A stretch of 32,900 nt of DNA from Catajapyx aquilonaris (Eukaryota). Positions 31,207 through 32,900 of this stretch are shown piece by piece. How positions within the stretch are numbered: position 1 is the first letter of the stretch; every line of letters starts with the position of its first letter. The translations under genes were made by a program, and so were the position numbers. Under the pieces are notes generated by a model. The model saw nothing but the letters and a program-made list of their open reading frames with translations, searched no databases and was not told the origin of the DNA. Location: contig JYFJ02004339.1 of assembly GCA_000934665.2 (NCBI GenBank), positions 1 to 32,900 on the forward strand. The letters are read 5' to 3'.

Positions 31207-32900
31207 CAGGAGGAGGAGGGCTTGTTTCACCCCCCCCTTCTCTTCCTTTCTTTCAAGCCAACTTGTCACGCAGGGTTGCAAAATTTGGAAGCTTCGTTTT
31301 TGGAGCACTGGTCGCATCCATTTTGAGTCCAACTGGCACATACGCAATTGCACACTCATTACCTCTGAAGAAAAAAATTAGGACGCAGTCAGTACTGCAA
31401 GTACATCTCGGTACAGTCGAATCATATTCCAGGTTGGATCTCATACATTCGTACGATTCCTGATGGCTTCTTGGCACCAAATGGCAGTTTCATTAATTCC
31501 ATATCAATTGCACATACCGAATTGTAATTGAACCAGAAGCACATATGCTTCAACTAGCTGTTATTGTTCGCTCTAAGCTGCTTTGTTGCAGCAGCTCTCA
31601 AGCGTCTGTTATTATGCCGAGAATTTAATCGTCCATCCAATCCAGGCCACAGATCCTATATTTCCAACATGTCCCATTTGACACATATGGTCTGGCTAAT
31701 ATTCTCTGATGGCATTTAAAACCGATCGCCTGTTATTAGCAGCAGGTATTGCTTCTTATAGCAGCTACATTAGCTGTTTGGCAGTAACAGGCTTAGGGAG
31801 AAATTAAGTCGGGCATAGATGGTGTGAATTGGAGCTAGTGGGTTTGAATCCTGGGTGCTGGCCAACCCAGGGTTTTTCCCCATGGGTTTCCTTCCGTGTA
31901 GTGTATGATGATAGTGCGTGTTGATGTGGATCGACCGAACCTAGGAATAGCCATTAGCAGATGGGATGAGAGGCAGAGAGAGGAGGTGGCAACGAGGCAT
32001 CGGCAGTCGTCTGATTGGCTGGTAAATCGCAAGCGCATGGAAAGCATGGGGGTTACTCCGTTTACTATGAGAAATTACGCAGTACGCACACTTTTTGAAA
32101 ATTCATCGTCATGATGCGCAGAATAATATTGTTCGCACTTGCACCGCGCGGAGAAAAAATCACGTTATCATGCAAAAAGACCTTTTGATCATGATGACGT
32201 TTGGAAGAAGAAAAATCCGTTGGAAGTACAAAGGTTGCGCTTGGTGTACGTTGATTTTCAGGTGCGCAAATGTGGGGCTAATCTATAATGAAAACTAACT
32301 CAAGATATCGCCAAAAAAAAATCGAGCAGAGTTTAGAGCCATAATCGATAAGGGTTGGCAATCACAGGCAATAATAACAAAGTCAATCTCAATAACAAAA
32401 ATACATTTTGACACTTAAACTGATTGCATATATTGAAAATGTGTAGGCCTATATTTTTTAAAAAAAATATTTACAGACTGTTCCGTTATAATTCGTCTAA
32501 CTTTCCCATCTCCTTCGTCACTACACGGTTTTCAGTCAGCATAATAATTGTCAGCATATTTGGGGACGGCAAAATTAGAATAACTTCCACCAAATGGAAG
32601 AAATAAAAATATTTAGAAATCTGACCATCACTCATTCTTCTCATCCTCTACGTACAACGGAATTACGTACTCTGCATACTCTGATTCATATCATGTATGT
32701 TTCAGACAACATATAGACTATCGAGAATGAACTGTTGGATGCCGGAGGATCACTACATTTCTCTCCAGCGTCGTTTAATGACATAATTATATTCATCAAG
32801 ATTCAAAATACATATCACGTACTTTGGATACAATGCGACACTTGCACCTCCTCGACCTTAAAAAAATATTGCAATTTATATTTTGGGTAACGCATACGGT

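Noticed and set aside
1..32900. CRISPR arrays, rRNA/tRNA genes, prokaryotic operons or intact transposase/RT genes
   Set aside because: None seen; the window is a spliceosomal-intron-rich eukaryotic locus.

Overview
Eukaryotic (metazoan; probably arthropod/insect, by inference) genomic DNA. Most of the window is one complete minus-strand gene, CNOT1/Not1, the scaffold of the CCR4-NOT deadenylase complex. I reconstructed 29 coding exons from ATG 30626 to TAG 7772. All introns are GT-AG and phases are consistent, totalling 7509 nt (2502 aa + stop). Upstream is a candidate promoter/5'UTR with a DRE, an Inr, GA repeats and G-runs; downstream is a ~1.6 kb 3'UTR. Just past the 3' end is a second CpG-rich promoter (NRF1/Ewg-like, CRE, YY1-like motifs) with a strong minus-strand donor. 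It probably starts an unidentified tandem transcript whose visible exons look non-coding. The most interesting unexplained signals are in four of the larger CNOT1 introns: each has a long AG-free pyrimidine tract followed by a cryptic exon (truncating terminal exon with poly(A) signal, alternative C-terminal cassette, in-frame micro-exon, stop-containing alternative acceptor). There is also a perfect hairpin plus overlapping mini-uORF at the start codon. These are sequence-only inferences and need RNA-seq or conservation tests. I saw no prokaryotic systems, CRISPR arrays, rRNA/tRNA genes or intact transposons.
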